From the IMG/VR virus record IMGVR_UViG_3300036985_002246, positions 1 to 64,000 of that record: DNA of 64,000 bases. One strand, written 5' to 3'. The stretch is from a virus. This document shows positions 43,670 to 53,303 of this stretch, in pieces (within the stretch, counting starts at the first letter, position 1; each line of letters opens with the position of its first letter). Below the pieces are notes generated by a model. That model made no database searches, had not been told where the DNA came from, and saw only the letters and a list, made by a program, of their open reading frames with translations. Made by a program: the position numbers and the translations under genes.

Positions 43670-44287
43670 GGTCGGACCAACGACACCGGTCAGGTTCGCG
43701 ATCGTGTCCGCGACGGCCTTGGGAAGTTCTTGGCCGTACTGGTCTGCCGGGAGCCTGAACCTCCCGCCTTCGGTGTTGCCGTTCTTGTCGAGGCTCCTGG
43801 AGAACTCGTCCATGACTGTGTGGAGGAAGTGCCAGACCTCTGGTTGAGCTTGGGCCAGGGGGTCTCCCTTCTTCGCCCAGGCCAGGGTCCGAGCACGGAC
43901 CACGAGCGCGAACATTTCCTTCGGCTTCAGGCTGCACCAGAGGATCACCTTGGTGCCAGCCGGGGAGAGTTGGTTTGTCTCGGGATTGAGGTGAGCCTCC
44001 AACACCCGCTTGAAAAGCTCGTTCCGAGTGAGGGTCTTGCCGACGTACACCTCCGGGAACATTGGGCTCCACAGCCCGCTCTCGTAGGAGGACATGAGGT
44101 AGTTCGACCCGTGGAGCAGCCAGTACTCGTACCCGGTCTTCGGGCTCGTGGTGAAGTGAACGAGCGAGGTGTTCTTCTTCGCCTTGAACTGGACGGCCTC
44201 GCGAGCCCGCTCAATCTGACGGTCCTTGGTTCGAGCGAGAGCCTTCTTGGCACGGGCGTTGGCCTTCTGCGCCTTGTTCTTCGTCAT
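43661..44287 (-). CDS. Hypothetical protein
   Basis: Basic N-terminus MTKNKAQKANARAKK; fills the gap between two + genes. Confidence 0.6.
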   Translation of the reverse strand: MTKNKAQKANARAKKALARTKDRQIERAREAVQFKAKKNTSLVHFTTSPKTGYEYWLLHGSNYLMSSYESGLWSPMFPEVYVGKTLTRNELFKRVLEAHLNPETNQLSPAGTKVILWCSLKPKEMFALVVRARTLAWAKKGDPLAQAQPEVWHFLHTVMDEFSRSLDKNGNTEGGRFRLPADQYGQELPKAVADTIANLTGVVGPTSD

Positions 44288-44320
44288 TGGTCCACGATAC
44301 CGTTGCGCGTAAGGTAGGAC

Positions 44321-45898
44321 GTGCCCAAGTCCAACCCCGTCCTGAGCCAGCCTCGTGTGTGGCGGCTCCTTTCGAGCGGGGTCCATGAGGTCGCTCAGGT
44401 TGTCTCCCGGACGTTCGGCCCACAGGGCGGGAAGGTCATGGTCCAGAAGGCGGGCTCCGTCCTGGTCACGACCGACGGGGCGGCCCTCACCCGAGAGAGT
44501 CAGCTTGCTGGGGGCAAGCGCCTGGGGGCGACTCTCGTTCGGTCGGCGGCTCTCAAGACTGAGGAGCAGGTCGGGGACGGGACTTCCACGACGGTGCTCC
44601 TGGCGGACGCGATCGTCCGCCAGATCGGGGCTCGGGTCGGCACCTACGATTGGGACCCGGTTCGGGTGGTCGCTGAGGTCCGGGCAGCACACGAGAGCGC
44701 AGAGCAAGCGATCCGCCAGTCGTCTCGCCCTGCGGACCGGGCGAGCTTGGACCGGGTCGCGCTCATGGCCTCCCACGAGGACTCGCTCATTGCCTCGAAG
44801 GTCGTCGAGGCTGTTCTTGCCGTCGGTGAAGAAGGCTCGGTCGTGATCTCCCCCTACGAAGGGACGGGGATCGTGCTCGAACAGAAGGAGGGGCTCTACC
44901 TCAATCAGGGGTGGGCCTCGTCCGGAATGGCTTCCGAGGGCAGCCTGGAGCGGGAAATGGACGGGCCGCTCGTGGCCGTGTTCCGGCACATTCTTCGCCA
45001 GGTCGCGGACGTTGCCCCGGCCATGGAGCAGGCGAGTCAGTGGCCTGGCCGAGGTCTCGTCGTGTTCGCGCCCCGAGTCCAGGGGGACGCCCTGAAGACC
45101 CTCCTGGTCAACAACAAGAACGGGGTGCTGCCGTGCGCTGCCGTCGAGTACGCGGGGTCACCGGCTGACCTGGGGGATTGGCTCGACGACCTCACGACGG
45201 TCACGAACGCCACCCTCGTGGACCCGGACACGGGAATGGACCCAGCGAAGTTCGAGGCCCCGTGGCTGGGCTACGCTCGGCGGGTCACCCTCACGAGGGA
45301 CCACACGCTCGTGATCTCGTACCTCGACGAGGACATTCTCGCCAAGATCGACCAGCGGGCCGCCAACCTCCGGGCTCGGGCCGAGAGTTCTTCGTACCCC
45401 TTCGAGCGGGACCGGCTGACTGAGCGGGCCTCTGCGCTCGACGGGGGGCTCTGCACACTGAGGGTGGGTGGTCTGACGAAGCAGGAGGGTCAGGACCGGC
45501 GCTCCCGCGTCGAGGACTCCTTGCGGGCCGTGCAGACGTGCTTGCGGGGCGGGGTGGTCCCAGGAGCCGGGCTGGCGTTCTTCCGAGCGGCTCTGTGGCT
45601 CCCTCAGGACGAGGGTGGGGCGATCCTTGGGGAGGCCCTCCGATCGATCCTGGGGACACTGGCAACCAGAGCCGGGGTTGAGCCTGCGGTGGTGGTCGCC
45701 CAAGGGTTCGAGGTCGCTCTGTATGACCCGGACGGTTGGTTCGGGTACGACCCGCTCCTGGGAGATTGGCGTGACCTCTGGGCTGAGCCCAGGGTCGTGG
45801 ACCCGACCGAGGTTGCGCTAGCGGCCCTGCGCAACGCTGTCTCCGTGGCGTGTCAGATCGCCCTGTGCGGAGGGGTGCTCCCAATCTCAAGCCGCTAG
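44321..45898 (+). CDS. groEL: Phage GroEL-like chaperonin
   Basis: TFGPQG, VTTDG, VGDGTSTTVLLA, GVVPGAG; 525 aa; divergent. Confidence 0.9.
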   Translation: MPKSNPVLSQPRVWRLLSSGVHEVAQVVSRTFGPQGGKVMVQKAGSVLVTTDGAALTRESQLAGGKRLGATLVRSAALKTEEQVGDGTSTTVLLADAIVRQIGARVGTYDWDPVRVVAEVRAAHESAEQAIRQSSRPADRASLDRVALMASHEDSLIASKVVEAVLAVGEEGSVVISPYEGTGIVLEQKEGLYLNQGWASSGMASEGSLEREMDGPLVAVFRHILRQVADVAPAMEQASQWPGRGLVVFAPRVQGDALKTLLVNNKNGVLPCAAVEYAGSPADLGDWLDDLTTVTNATLVDPDTGMDPAKFEAPWLGYARRVTLTRDHTLVISYLDEDILAKIDQRAANLRARAESSSYPFERDRLTERASALDGGLCTLRVGGLTKQEGQDRRSRVEDSLRAVQTCLRGGVVPGAGLAFFRAALWLPQDEGGAILGEALRSILGTLATRAGVEPAVVVAQGFEVALYDPDGWFGYDPLLGDWRDLWAEPRVVDPTEVALAALRNAVSVACQIALCGGVLPISSR

Positions 45899-45919
45899 GT
45901 CTGTTATGACCGTCAGTGG

Positions 45920-46216
45920 TTGAGACTTACCTTGGAGACGCCTGAGTCCAAACGGAAGTATCAGGTCATTGCTGAGAATGTGGACGCAGCCGCAGACCAG
46001 ATACTCGAAGCAGCGAAGACCCGCGACCCCGTCAGGGTCAAGGCGGTCCTCATGTATTGGTTCAGCATTGTCTACGACGAAGGCATGGACCGTATCGAGC
46101 AGGTTGAGCAGGAGATTGAGCTTCTCCAGCAGATCGTCCTCAGGCTCAAGTCGAAGAGCACTCCCACCCGACCCCCACCGTCCATGCTGCCGCCCGTAGG
46201 TCCTGAAGATGAGTGA
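45920..46216 (+). CDS. Hypothetical protein
   Basis: Coiled-coil; not recognisably GroES. Confidence 0.55.
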   Translation: MRLTLETPESKRKYQVIAENVDAAADQILEAAKTRDPVRVKAVLMYWFSIVYDEGMDRIEQVEQEIELLQQIVLRLKSKSTPTRPPPSMLPPVGPEDE

Positions 46217-47882
46217 TACCTTCGTCTCGGCGATCGGAGCCACCCCGGAGAGCGCCCGAACTCAGATTGGGGCGATCGGTCCGTCGTCGGAGGTGGTGCC
46301 TCTGGTCGGCCAGGTGCTGACCTGGAACGGCGTGGTCTGGGTGCCAGCAGGTCCTGGTGGTAGCTCGGTGACCACCCAGGCCAACTTCACGGTCCGACCT
46401 GCGGGTCCGTTCGGATCGGGGGTGTACCCGGACTGGGCGTCCATGTACCTCGACCTGTCCCTCTCGGCACCGGGGGTCAAGTGGATCTTGATCGACAGTC
46501 CTGGCGTGCCGGTCCAAGTCCCGGTGGGCACCTACAACCTCTCGGGGTGTGTCCTCTCCGGAGTCTGGGAGGGTGCCTTGCCCTCGCTCCTGACGACCCA
46601 GACCGGGGCGATTCTCACCGAGCTTCATGCGGTCGCGAACCGGCTTCAGATCGTCAACGAGGGGACGACCTCCCCGATCACGATCTCGTCCCTGACTAGC
46701 TCGACGCTCGCGGTCCAGTTCGAGGCTCAGGTCCGGTCGGCTGTTGGAGCCGCCCCCTTCTTCAATCTCCTGAGCGGGTCAAGCCTGAAGGTCTACGGCC
46801 TGGAGGGCGGGCAGGTCGGCGACATTGGCCTGCCGGTCGTCAAGCTCGGCACCAGCGCAGTCCTGAGTGCGCTGCTCTACAACCAGTCAGGCTTCGCACC
46901 TGACTGCGTGGACCCGACGAGCCAGGCAAGTTCTTCGGTCACGGTCGCTGCGGACGCCGGGTCGTTCGACGAGACACTCACCCAGGTCGGGTATACGGGC
47001 ACCTACGCCCTGACGCAGATCGACCTGGCCTCAGGGGTCGGCTACGACGACCTCGCGGTAGCCCCGCCTCTTGGGGTGACAGACGTTCAGGGTGCGCTCG
47101 ACGCGCTCAAGATTGCGAGCGTCGGGGTCAACGGAAGCTCGGCGATCTGGCGAGGCGTGGGTGCTCCTGTGGGAGCCGGGATCTTCAACACCTGGGCGGA
47201 CCTGTTCGCCTGGGCGCAGTCGGCTCCGGGCTACAAGAAGGTCTACCTCGACTCGACGTTCGGCCCGCTCGTCGTGGACTCCGGGGTGTGGTCGTTCACC
47301 GACCCAGTGGAGTTCGTGGGCTCGCCCCTGCCGCCCCGGACGGCAGTGACCTTCAACGAGGCGAGCTTCCACAACACCTGGAAGTGGTCCAACGTCCAGT
47401 TCCTCGTCCTCAACACGGTCGGCCCTCCGTTCGGAGCGTTCCCCGAGACGATCGAGTTCGACAACTGCGAGGTCGTCCTGAGCGGTGGTGCCCAGCCGTT
47501 CATTCGGAGCCTCACGGCTGCCCTCGAAATCACGTTCACTCGCATGGCCGTCGCCCCGACGACGCAGCTTGTCTTCGACCTCCAGCCGACGGCGGCTCCT
47601 GGGATCATTCGGCTCAAGGACGGAACCACGGTAGCCTTCAACAGCTTCTCGACGGCGATCCCGACGACGCTGACGATCTACGTGGACTCCTCCTGCACCT
47701 ACCTGACCCAGTTCTTCGTCTTCGGGACGCTGATCCTGATCCAATCGAGCGCGGCGAGCGCCGTGGCCTACGTCCCAGGGAACGCCGCGAACTGGGTCGC
47801 TCCCGCCCCTACCAACGTGAGCGAAGCCCTCGACCGGCTGGCAGCAGCCAACGTCGCCAACGGCTTCGGCCCTGTCCCCTGA
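46209..47882 (+). CDS. Beta-rich putative virion structural protein (fibre/decoration-like)
   Basis: Two related modules (VYPDWASMY / IFNTWADLF) and two VQGALDAL / VSEALDRL motifs; Gly/Thr/Val-rich. Confidence 0.6.
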   Translation: MSDTFVSAIGATPESARTQIGAIGPSSEVVPLVGQVLTWNGVVWVPAGPGGSSVTTQANFTVRPAGPFGSGVYPDWASMYLDLSLSAPGVKWILIDSPGVPVQVPVGTYNLSGCVLSGVWEGALPSLLTTQTGAILTELHAVANRLQIVNEGTTSPITISSLTSSTLAVQFEAQVRSAVGAAPFFNLLSGSSLKVYGLEGGQVGDIGLPVVKLGTSAVLSALLYNQSGFAPDCVDPTSQASSSVTVAADAGSFDETLTQVGYTGTYALTQIDLASGVGYDDLAVAPPLGVTDVQGALDALKIASVGVNGSSAIWRGVGAPVGAGIFNTWADLFAWAQSAPGYKKVYLDSTFGPLVVDSGVWSFTDPVEFVGSPLPPRTAVTFNEASFHNTWKWSNVQFLVLNTVGPPFGAFPETIEFDNCEVVLSGGAQPFIRSLTAALEITFTRMAVAPTTQLVFDLQPTAAPGIIRLKDGTTVAFNSFSTAIPTTLTIYVDSSCTYLTQFFVFGTLILIQSSAASAVAYVPGNAANWVAPAPTNVSEALDRLAAANVANGFGPVP

Positions 47883-47895
47883 TCGGAGAGGTTGC

Positions 47896-48582
47896 ATGGC
47901 AAACGTCACCTTCCTGGACCTGACCCACGAGGCGAAGAACCCCCCTCCCCCGAAGCTCTCGAAGGGGGTCAACGTCAGCATTTGCAGGACGGTTGGTGGG
48001 AAGGTGGTCGTCCGCGACCCGAAGACGGTCACTGGGATCGGGATTCACCAGACGGCCTGCGTCTTCGGTCCCATGGACGACCCCACAGCCCGGCACCGCA
48101 GGGCGCTCAACGTGCCGATCCATGCCCTGGCGTTCCGGGACGGTGTGGTGGCAACCCCGTACCCGCTCCCCTGGTTCATGTACCACGGGAACTACCTCAA
48201 TCAGTTCACCTACGGGCTGGAGATCGAAGGGCACTACCCCGGCCTGCTCGACGACCCGACGACCCCGAAGCGTGAGGACGAGCAGACGACGTGGGGTGGC
48301 GGTGCAACCCCGCTCGACGACCTGACGATCGAGACAGCACGGGCGGCAATCAAGTACCTCTACGAGGAGGGCATGAAGCTCGGCTCACCCCTCCAGTACG
48401 TCTGGGCTCACCGGCAGGCCAGCAGCACACGGCAGTCGGACCCAGGTGCCGGAATCTGGAAGCACGTCGTCCTCGACTACGCAGTCGCCGTCTTGGGGCT
48501 CAAGACCCAGCCAAGTCGGACCTGGCCAGGTGGAATGCCTATCCCTTCCGCTTGGGAACCGGGCGCGACCGGAAAGTACTGA
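47896..48582 (+). CDS. N-acetylmuramoyl-L-alanine amidase (Amidase_2-like endolysin)
   Basis: IGIHQTA, IHA, YHG..N...GLEIEG, WAHR...SDPG. Confidence 0.8.
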   Translation: MANVTFLDLTHEAKNPPPPKLSKGVNVSICRTVGGKVVVRDPKTVTGIGIHQTACVFGPMDDPTARHRRALNVPIHALAFRDGVVATPYPLPWFMYHGNYLNQFTYGLEIEGHYPGLLDDPTTPKREDEQTTWGGGATPLDDLTIETARAAIKYLYEEGMKLGSPLQYVWAHRQASSTRQSDPGAGIWKHVVLDYAVAVLGLKTQPSRTWPGGMPIPSAWEPGATGKY

Positions 48583-48585
48583 CCC

Positions 48586-49617
48586 ATGACCATGAAGACA
48601 GCCAAGGCTGAGATCACCCCAATCCGGCAACGCACCCAGTACTCCTGCATGGCCGCCTCACTCAGCATGGCGCTGGAGGCACAGGGGGCCAAGTTCGAGG
48701 AGGACACGATCAATGAGGTCATGGGGGCGAGGCCCATGCAGGGGGCGACCTGGGAGCAAGCGATCGGTGCGGCCCAGCACTTCGGAATGCGGGCCACGCT
48801 CGTATCCCCGTGCGCCCTGAGCCAACTCAAGGAGTGGACCGACCGGGGGATCGCCGTCATGATCGCGTGGAATCCCGAGGGCCGGGAGTGGTCGCACGCC
48901 TCGTGCGTGTTCGACGTGGACGACGACTGGAACGTCCACGTCGCCGACCCGAACATTCCGGACCCGGACCAGACCGTTCGGGTTGTCACGAGGGAAGAGT
49001 TCCTGAAGAAGTGGTTCGAGAAGTGGCCGAGGTACCTCGTGCGACGGTGTGCCCTCGCGATCGAGCGGGAGATCACCAAGGACGGTCGCCAGGTCATGGC
49101 AAGCTCCAAGACCTCCGCCTCGAAGGTCGCCGACCTGTTCCTCGCGTCTGAGGACGACCGGGTGGACGACGAGTACGAGTACGAGGACGTGCGCCTGGAG
49201 TACGCCCCGCAGAGCGAGGTCGAGTACGACTCCGCGCACATTGCGAACGACACCCCGAAGACGCTTCTCGGGGACATGGGCAGCATGAGGCTGTACCTCG
49301 TGGACGGGAACTACGTCCGCAACCATATCGACATTGACTTCGTCGCTGGCGGCAACCCTGCCCGGTACGCCTACTGCCCTGCGGGTGAACTGTGGGTGGA
49401 GGAGCTTGGTGGGGACGCCGACTTGGCGGCCACGGCCATGCACGAGTTCCACGAGTACATTCTCATGGGCGAGCAGGGTGAGTCCTACGAGACGGCGCAC
49501 GACAAGTCGTCCGAGGTGGAGAAGGGGTTCCGGCTCTGGCTGGAGGAGCACCCCAACCTGGACCTGCCGACCATGCTTCAGATCGCCACGAAGGTGGCCA
49601 TGACCAACCTCGACTGA
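48586..49617 (+). CDS. Peptidase C39-like protein fused to a C-terminal HExxE domain
   Basis: QRTQYSCMAAS, HASCV, VADPN; MHEFHEYILM...YETAH. Confidence 0.8.
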   Translation: MTMKTAKAEITPIRQRTQYSCMAASLSMALEAQGAKFEEDTINEVMGARPMQGATWEQAIGAAQHFGMRATLVSPCALSQLKEWTDRGIAVMIAWNPEGREWSHASCVFDVDDDWNVHVADPNIPDPDQTVRVVTREEFLKKWFEKWPRYLVRRCALAIEREITKDGRQVMASSKTSASKVADLFLASEDDRVDDEYEYEDVRLEYAPQSEVEYDSAHIANDTPKTLLGDMGSMRLYLVDGNYVRNHIDIDFVAGGNPARYAYCPAGELWVEELGGDADLAATAMHEFHEYILMGEQGESYETAHDKSSEVEKGFRLWLEEHPNLDLPTMLQIATKVAMTNLD

Positions 49618-49666
49618 GCGCCCGAGCGTTCAGCTAGCCCCTCTATAGTTTCGGAGAGAAGCTACA

Positions 49667-51745
49667 GTGACCCAGCCTCTTCGCACCCGACGTGACTACG
49701 GCTCCGATCAGACGGCTGCCGACAACACTGCAAGCTCAGGAGCTTCCGCCATGATGATCGACGCAGCCGAGTTCGAGCGCACCCTCAAGCAGTCCATGCA
49801 CGAAACGGGAGTCTCCGTCGATCCGACGAAGGATATGTCCCCCGAGGACGCCGCCGAGTGGAAGCGCCAGAACGAGAAGCACAAGGACAAGTTCAAGACG
49901 GCCTCCGAGAGCTACCTGCTCCCGACGGCAGAGGCTGCGGTCCATGGGATCGCAAAGGTTCTCGGCTGGAAGGTGACGAAGAACCTCCCCTACGAGGGTG
50001 GGTACTACGGGCAGGTCCAATCTGAGGACACCAGCGAGTTCTCGCTCCGGGTCGAGTTCGAGGAAATGCACAGGAAGGCTCTGGGCCTCTCAGACGTTCC
50101 GTCTGAAGACGTGGTCGTCGTCCCCCATGTCTTCCTCAACACCTCGACAATCCCCAATCGACTGGCTGACCGGGTGTTCAGCAGTCTGAAGTTCAAGGGG
50201 AGCCCAGACCAGGCAATGCGGCTGCTGAGGACGGCCCCCCAGGTTGCCCACGCAGCTTGGATTGAGGGTACGCAGTCCAAGGCCGCACAGGACGCCATGT
50301 TCGACGAGTTGGAGTCGTTCAGCAGCAAGGTCTCCTTTGCCATTGAGTCCGGACTGACACGGCTCGGCATGGTGCTGGCGAACCACAAGCTGTACGGCAC
50401 CCATGTCTCCCCTCAGCGCGAGGTGGACCGGCCATTCATTTCCGGCAGTATGTACGTCACGGGTCTGACCCCTGGGAACAAGGACCAGGCAGCGGCTGCC
50501 CGCAAGGTCATGACCGCAGTGTCTCGGAAGCTCTCCAACGACAAGTACACTTTCAATCTGAACCAGCCTGCCCGCTGGTCCCAGAACGAACTGGCCTTCG
50601 GCTACGAGATCAAGTTCGCGGGGTTGGACCGGTCGGCCTCCGCCAACGGCGTCTCGATCGCCGACTACGAGGCAGAACTCGGCAAGGAGTCCAAGTTCGA
50701 GCGGGGCGAGGACGTGAGCCTCGACGAACTGCCCACGGAACTCCAGGAGAACGTCGAGAACCCGCCTCCTGCGGTCACGAAGCTCCGGGAGGAAATGGAG
50801 TCCAAGTCAGCCACCGACAAGGAGGCGAAGATCCAGGCTCGGCAGATCGCGATCCTCAAGAAGTACGTCGAGGGTGCAGGCGCTGGCGCTGCCACCGACT
50901 ACGACGATCTCCCCCAGGAGGTTCAGTCCGCCCTCATTCGCGTCAAGGACAGCGAAGTGCTGTGGAGCGACGTGAACCGCTGGCTCAGCGACAACACCAA
51001 GCGGGCCGCTGAGTCGAGGACCGCTGCCACCGGCCTCTACGGCTTCACGAAGGAAGCCGAGAAGGTTTGCGGCTCGGCCTCGAACAAGCTCGCCAAGTTC
51101 GCTGGCAAGCTCGCCAAGGAGATCTACGAGAAGGACGCGGAGACGCCCGCCTTCCTCGAAGAGCACACGGCACGGACCGCCTCGAAGGCCGCCCGAATGC
51201 TCCGTGGCTGCATGGCGGAGATTGGGCCGGGCCAGCCGACCAAGACCGCTGCCAAGGGCGAGAAGGGTCGCTACGGCTTCTCGGCGAAGACCGCCAGGCT
51301 CGCGCTCGAAGCCTGCAACACGGTCGAGCACGAGGCCGGTGTGATCGCGAGCGACCTGCACTCCCGCATGGGGTCGAAGCACGCGAGTATCACGGGCTTC
51401 CTCAACAAGCACGCGAAGCGCGCCAAGTGCGGCTGGAGCGACCTGATCCTGGAGGCGTACCCCGCCCAGGAGCAGCAGGTCATTGCCTCCGAGACGACCG
51501 AGAAGACGGCCTCTGACCTCAGCGGGTACTCGATCCACCCGTCGGTCGATCAGATCCTCACCTGGGAGGGACAGGGCACGCCCCGCGAGGCCGCCTCGTT
51601 CCTCGCCTCCGACGACGAGGAAGGGCCGCTCGCTGGCCGCACCTGGGACGGCGACAAGTCCAAGCCCGACGACGCCGCCCCGTACAACATTCACCCGGAG
51701 TCCCCCCCGGCGGGGGCTGACGGGAGCACCGAGCGGAAGCGGTAA
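49667..51745 (+). CDS. Large modular protein with an internally duplicated domain (candidate internal virion protein)
   Basis: GLYGF...C...FLEEH...LRGC and GRYGF...C...FLNKH...LILE; KTA/SA-type linkers. Confidence 0.75.
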   Translation: MTQPLRTRRDYGSDQTAADNTASSGASAMMIDAAEFERTLKQSMHETGVSVDPTKDMSPEDAAEWKRQNEKHKDKFKTASESYLLPTAEAAVHGIAKVLGWKVTKNLPYEGGYYGQVQSEDTSEFSLRVEFEEMHRKALGLSDVPSEDVVVVPHVFLNTSTIPNRLADRVFSSLKFKGSPDQAMRLLRTAPQVAHAAWIEGTQSKAAQDAMFDELESFSSKVSFAIESGLTRLGMVLANHKLYGTHVSPQREVDRPFISGSMYVTGLTPGNKDQAAAARKVMTAVSRKLSNDKYTFNLNQPARWSQNELAFGYEIKFAGLDRSASANGVSIADYEAELGKESKFERGEDVSLDELPTELQENVENPPPAVTKLREEMESKSATDKEAKIQARQIAILKKYVEGAGAGAATDYDDLPQEVQSALIRVKDSEVLWSDVNRWLSDNTKRAAESRTAATGLYGFTKEAEKVCGSASNKLAKFAGKLAKEIYEKDAETPAFLEEHTARTASKAARMLRGCMAEIGPGQPTKTAAKGEKGRYGFSAKTARLALEACNTVEHEAGVIASDLHSRMGSKHASITGFLNKHAKRAKCGWSDLILEAYPAQEQQVIASETTEKTASDLSGYSIHPSVDQILTWEGQGTPREAASFLASDDEEGPLAGRTWDGDKSKPDDAAPYNIHPESPPAGADGSTERKR

Positions 51746-51813
51746 ACAGGTGGTTCCGCGAGAACGTGTGCCCCGGTCACAAGACCAACTGCGGCCTCTG
51801 ATCTGAAGCAGCC

Positions 51814-52584
51814 ATGCGTACCCCGTCCCCAACCAGAGTCGCGTTCCGCTCCCTGATCGCAGGGGGCTCGGACTTCCAGAACTTCGGGAAGGGCACCGAC
51901 CCGAAGGCGGTCTTCCGCACGCTCGTCGAGAACGCCCGGTACGAGTCGGGGCGGGGTGGGTACTCCGGGACCATTGCAGAGAAGTCAGACTTCGAGCTTC
52001 GGTCCCGGACGCCAATGTCCAGGCAGCAGGCACGGGAATTCCTGGACAGGGACCTGGGCCACAACGACAAGTGGGGTCCGGCGTTCGCCGTGCCGATCGC
52101 TGAGGTGAAGGTCAAGTCCGAGAAGGAAGTCACCGTCAAGGTCAGCGCACCGACTCAGCAGGAAGCCTGGAAGCTCGCTGAGGCAGAGGTGAAGGCCAAG
52201 GCTGGCGACAAGGCCGTCGAGATCAGCCGGTTGAAGGCCACGAAGATCAAGGAGGGTGGTCTGCCGGAAATGGCAGCGAGCACCTCCTCAGAGAAGCTGT
52301 ATCGGATCGAGTGGGGCCGTGGGGGTGGGCAACTCATGGGCGTCGGTCCCACGAAGAAGGACGTGATTGACAGCTTCAAGCAGAAGCTGCTCAAGGACGA
52401 GTACCTGCTGTCGCTCCTGAAGCCCGGAACCATGTTCACCCTCTACGAGGTGAAGGGGCTCAAGACGTTCACCGTGGCGGGTTGGGCCTCGAAGTCCCCA
52501 GTCTGGGAGATCTCCTTCAAGGTCCGGGTCGTCGAGGTCGGCGGCGTCGAGGGCTACCTGTTCTACGGTATCGCTTCGGACTGA
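51814..52584 (+). CDS. Hypothetical protein with an N-terminal RVAFR tag
   Basis: E.G..GYSGTIAEK...KWGPAFAV...GYLFYGIA. Confidence 0.75.
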   Translation: MRTPSPTRVAFRSLIAGGSDFQNFGKGTDPKAVFRTLVENARYESGRGGYSGTIAEKSDFELRSRTPMSRQQAREFLDRDLGHNDKWGPAFAVPIAEVKVKSEKEVTVKVSAPTQQEAWKLAEAEVKAKAGDKAVEISRLKATKIKEGGLPEMAASTSSEKLYRIEWGRGGGQLMGVGPTKKDVIDSFKQKLLKDEYLLSLLKPGTMFTLYEVKGLKTFTVAGWASKSPVWEISFKVRVVEVGGVEGYLFYGIASD

Positions 52585-52787
52585 CCCGACTCCTGGTAGC
52601 CGAAGAACGATTGGTCAGCGGCAGCCCGCCACTCCTGCCACCAGATCGGTGCTCCCCTCCACTTCACGGAGACGGTGATCACCATGGTGCCGTCGTGGAC
52701 GTAGGCGCTTGAGACGATCTTGGCTCCACGGAGAAGGGCCAGACGAACCCGCCAGGGGAGGTTCTCGGCGTAGACGCTGAATCTCAT
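52563..52787 (-). CDS. Hypothetical protein
   Basis: GCGTAAG upstream. Confidence 0.5.
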   Translation of the reverse strand: MRFSVYAENLPWRVRLALLRGAKIVSSAYVHDGTMVITVSVKWRGAPIWWQEWRAAADQSFFGYQESGQSEAIP

Positions 52788-52806
52788 GCGAGACTTACGC
52801 CCGCCG

Positions 52807-52971
52807 TCAGATCTTCTTGATCCCCTGGGTGAGCATCCACCAGTGGAACGGCAGGGCCAACTTCGACGGCAGGGTGAACTCCAGGTCCTCTCGTGGGCCA
52901 CCGGGGTCGCGGAACGTAATGCAAATGTTCTCGTTCCGGTTCGGGTTGTATTCCTGTCGTTGAGTCATCAT
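52807..52971 (-). CDS. Small hypothetical protein
   Basis: GCGTAAGGA upstream. Confidence 0.5.
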   Translation of the reverse strand: MMTQRQEYNPNRNENICITFRDPGGPREDLEFTLPSKLALPFHWWMLTQGIKKI

Positions 52972-53048
52972 GAGCTTCCTTACGCCCAACGGCTGACCTG
53001 ACTTTCGAGGACTCACCGATATAGGGTAGCCCGCGTCCTGCCAGAGCA

Positions 53049-53303
53049 CTAGCCGTTGTCCCAATCGGGATCCACTGGCGTGGGCTTCTTCCACCAATCG
53101 GGGCGACCGTTGTCACGGAGCTTCCCGATCGCCTCGTCCAGCATACCCACGGAGCCCTGCTCCCACTGGCGGACCACTTCGGCGGCGTCCTCCTGGAGGG
53201 AGGCATAGTCCTCTTTCAGGCCGTCCGGGTCGCGGCGAAGCTCAGCCTCTGCCCGGAGCTTCCATGCGCGTAGCTCTTGGAGTTCTTCTTCCAGTGTGGT
53301 CAT
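53049..53303 (-). CDS. Hypothetical protein
   Basis: GGAGG SD; ATGA overlap. Confidence 0.6.
   Translation of the reverse strand: MTTLEEELQELRAWKLRAEAELRRDPDGLKEDYASLQEDAAEVVRQWEQGSVGMLDEAIGKLRDNGRPDWWKKPTPVDPDWDNG

Noticed and set aside
45920-46216. GroES next to groEL
   Set aside because: Helical coiled-coil sequence with no PLxDRV motif or mobile loop.
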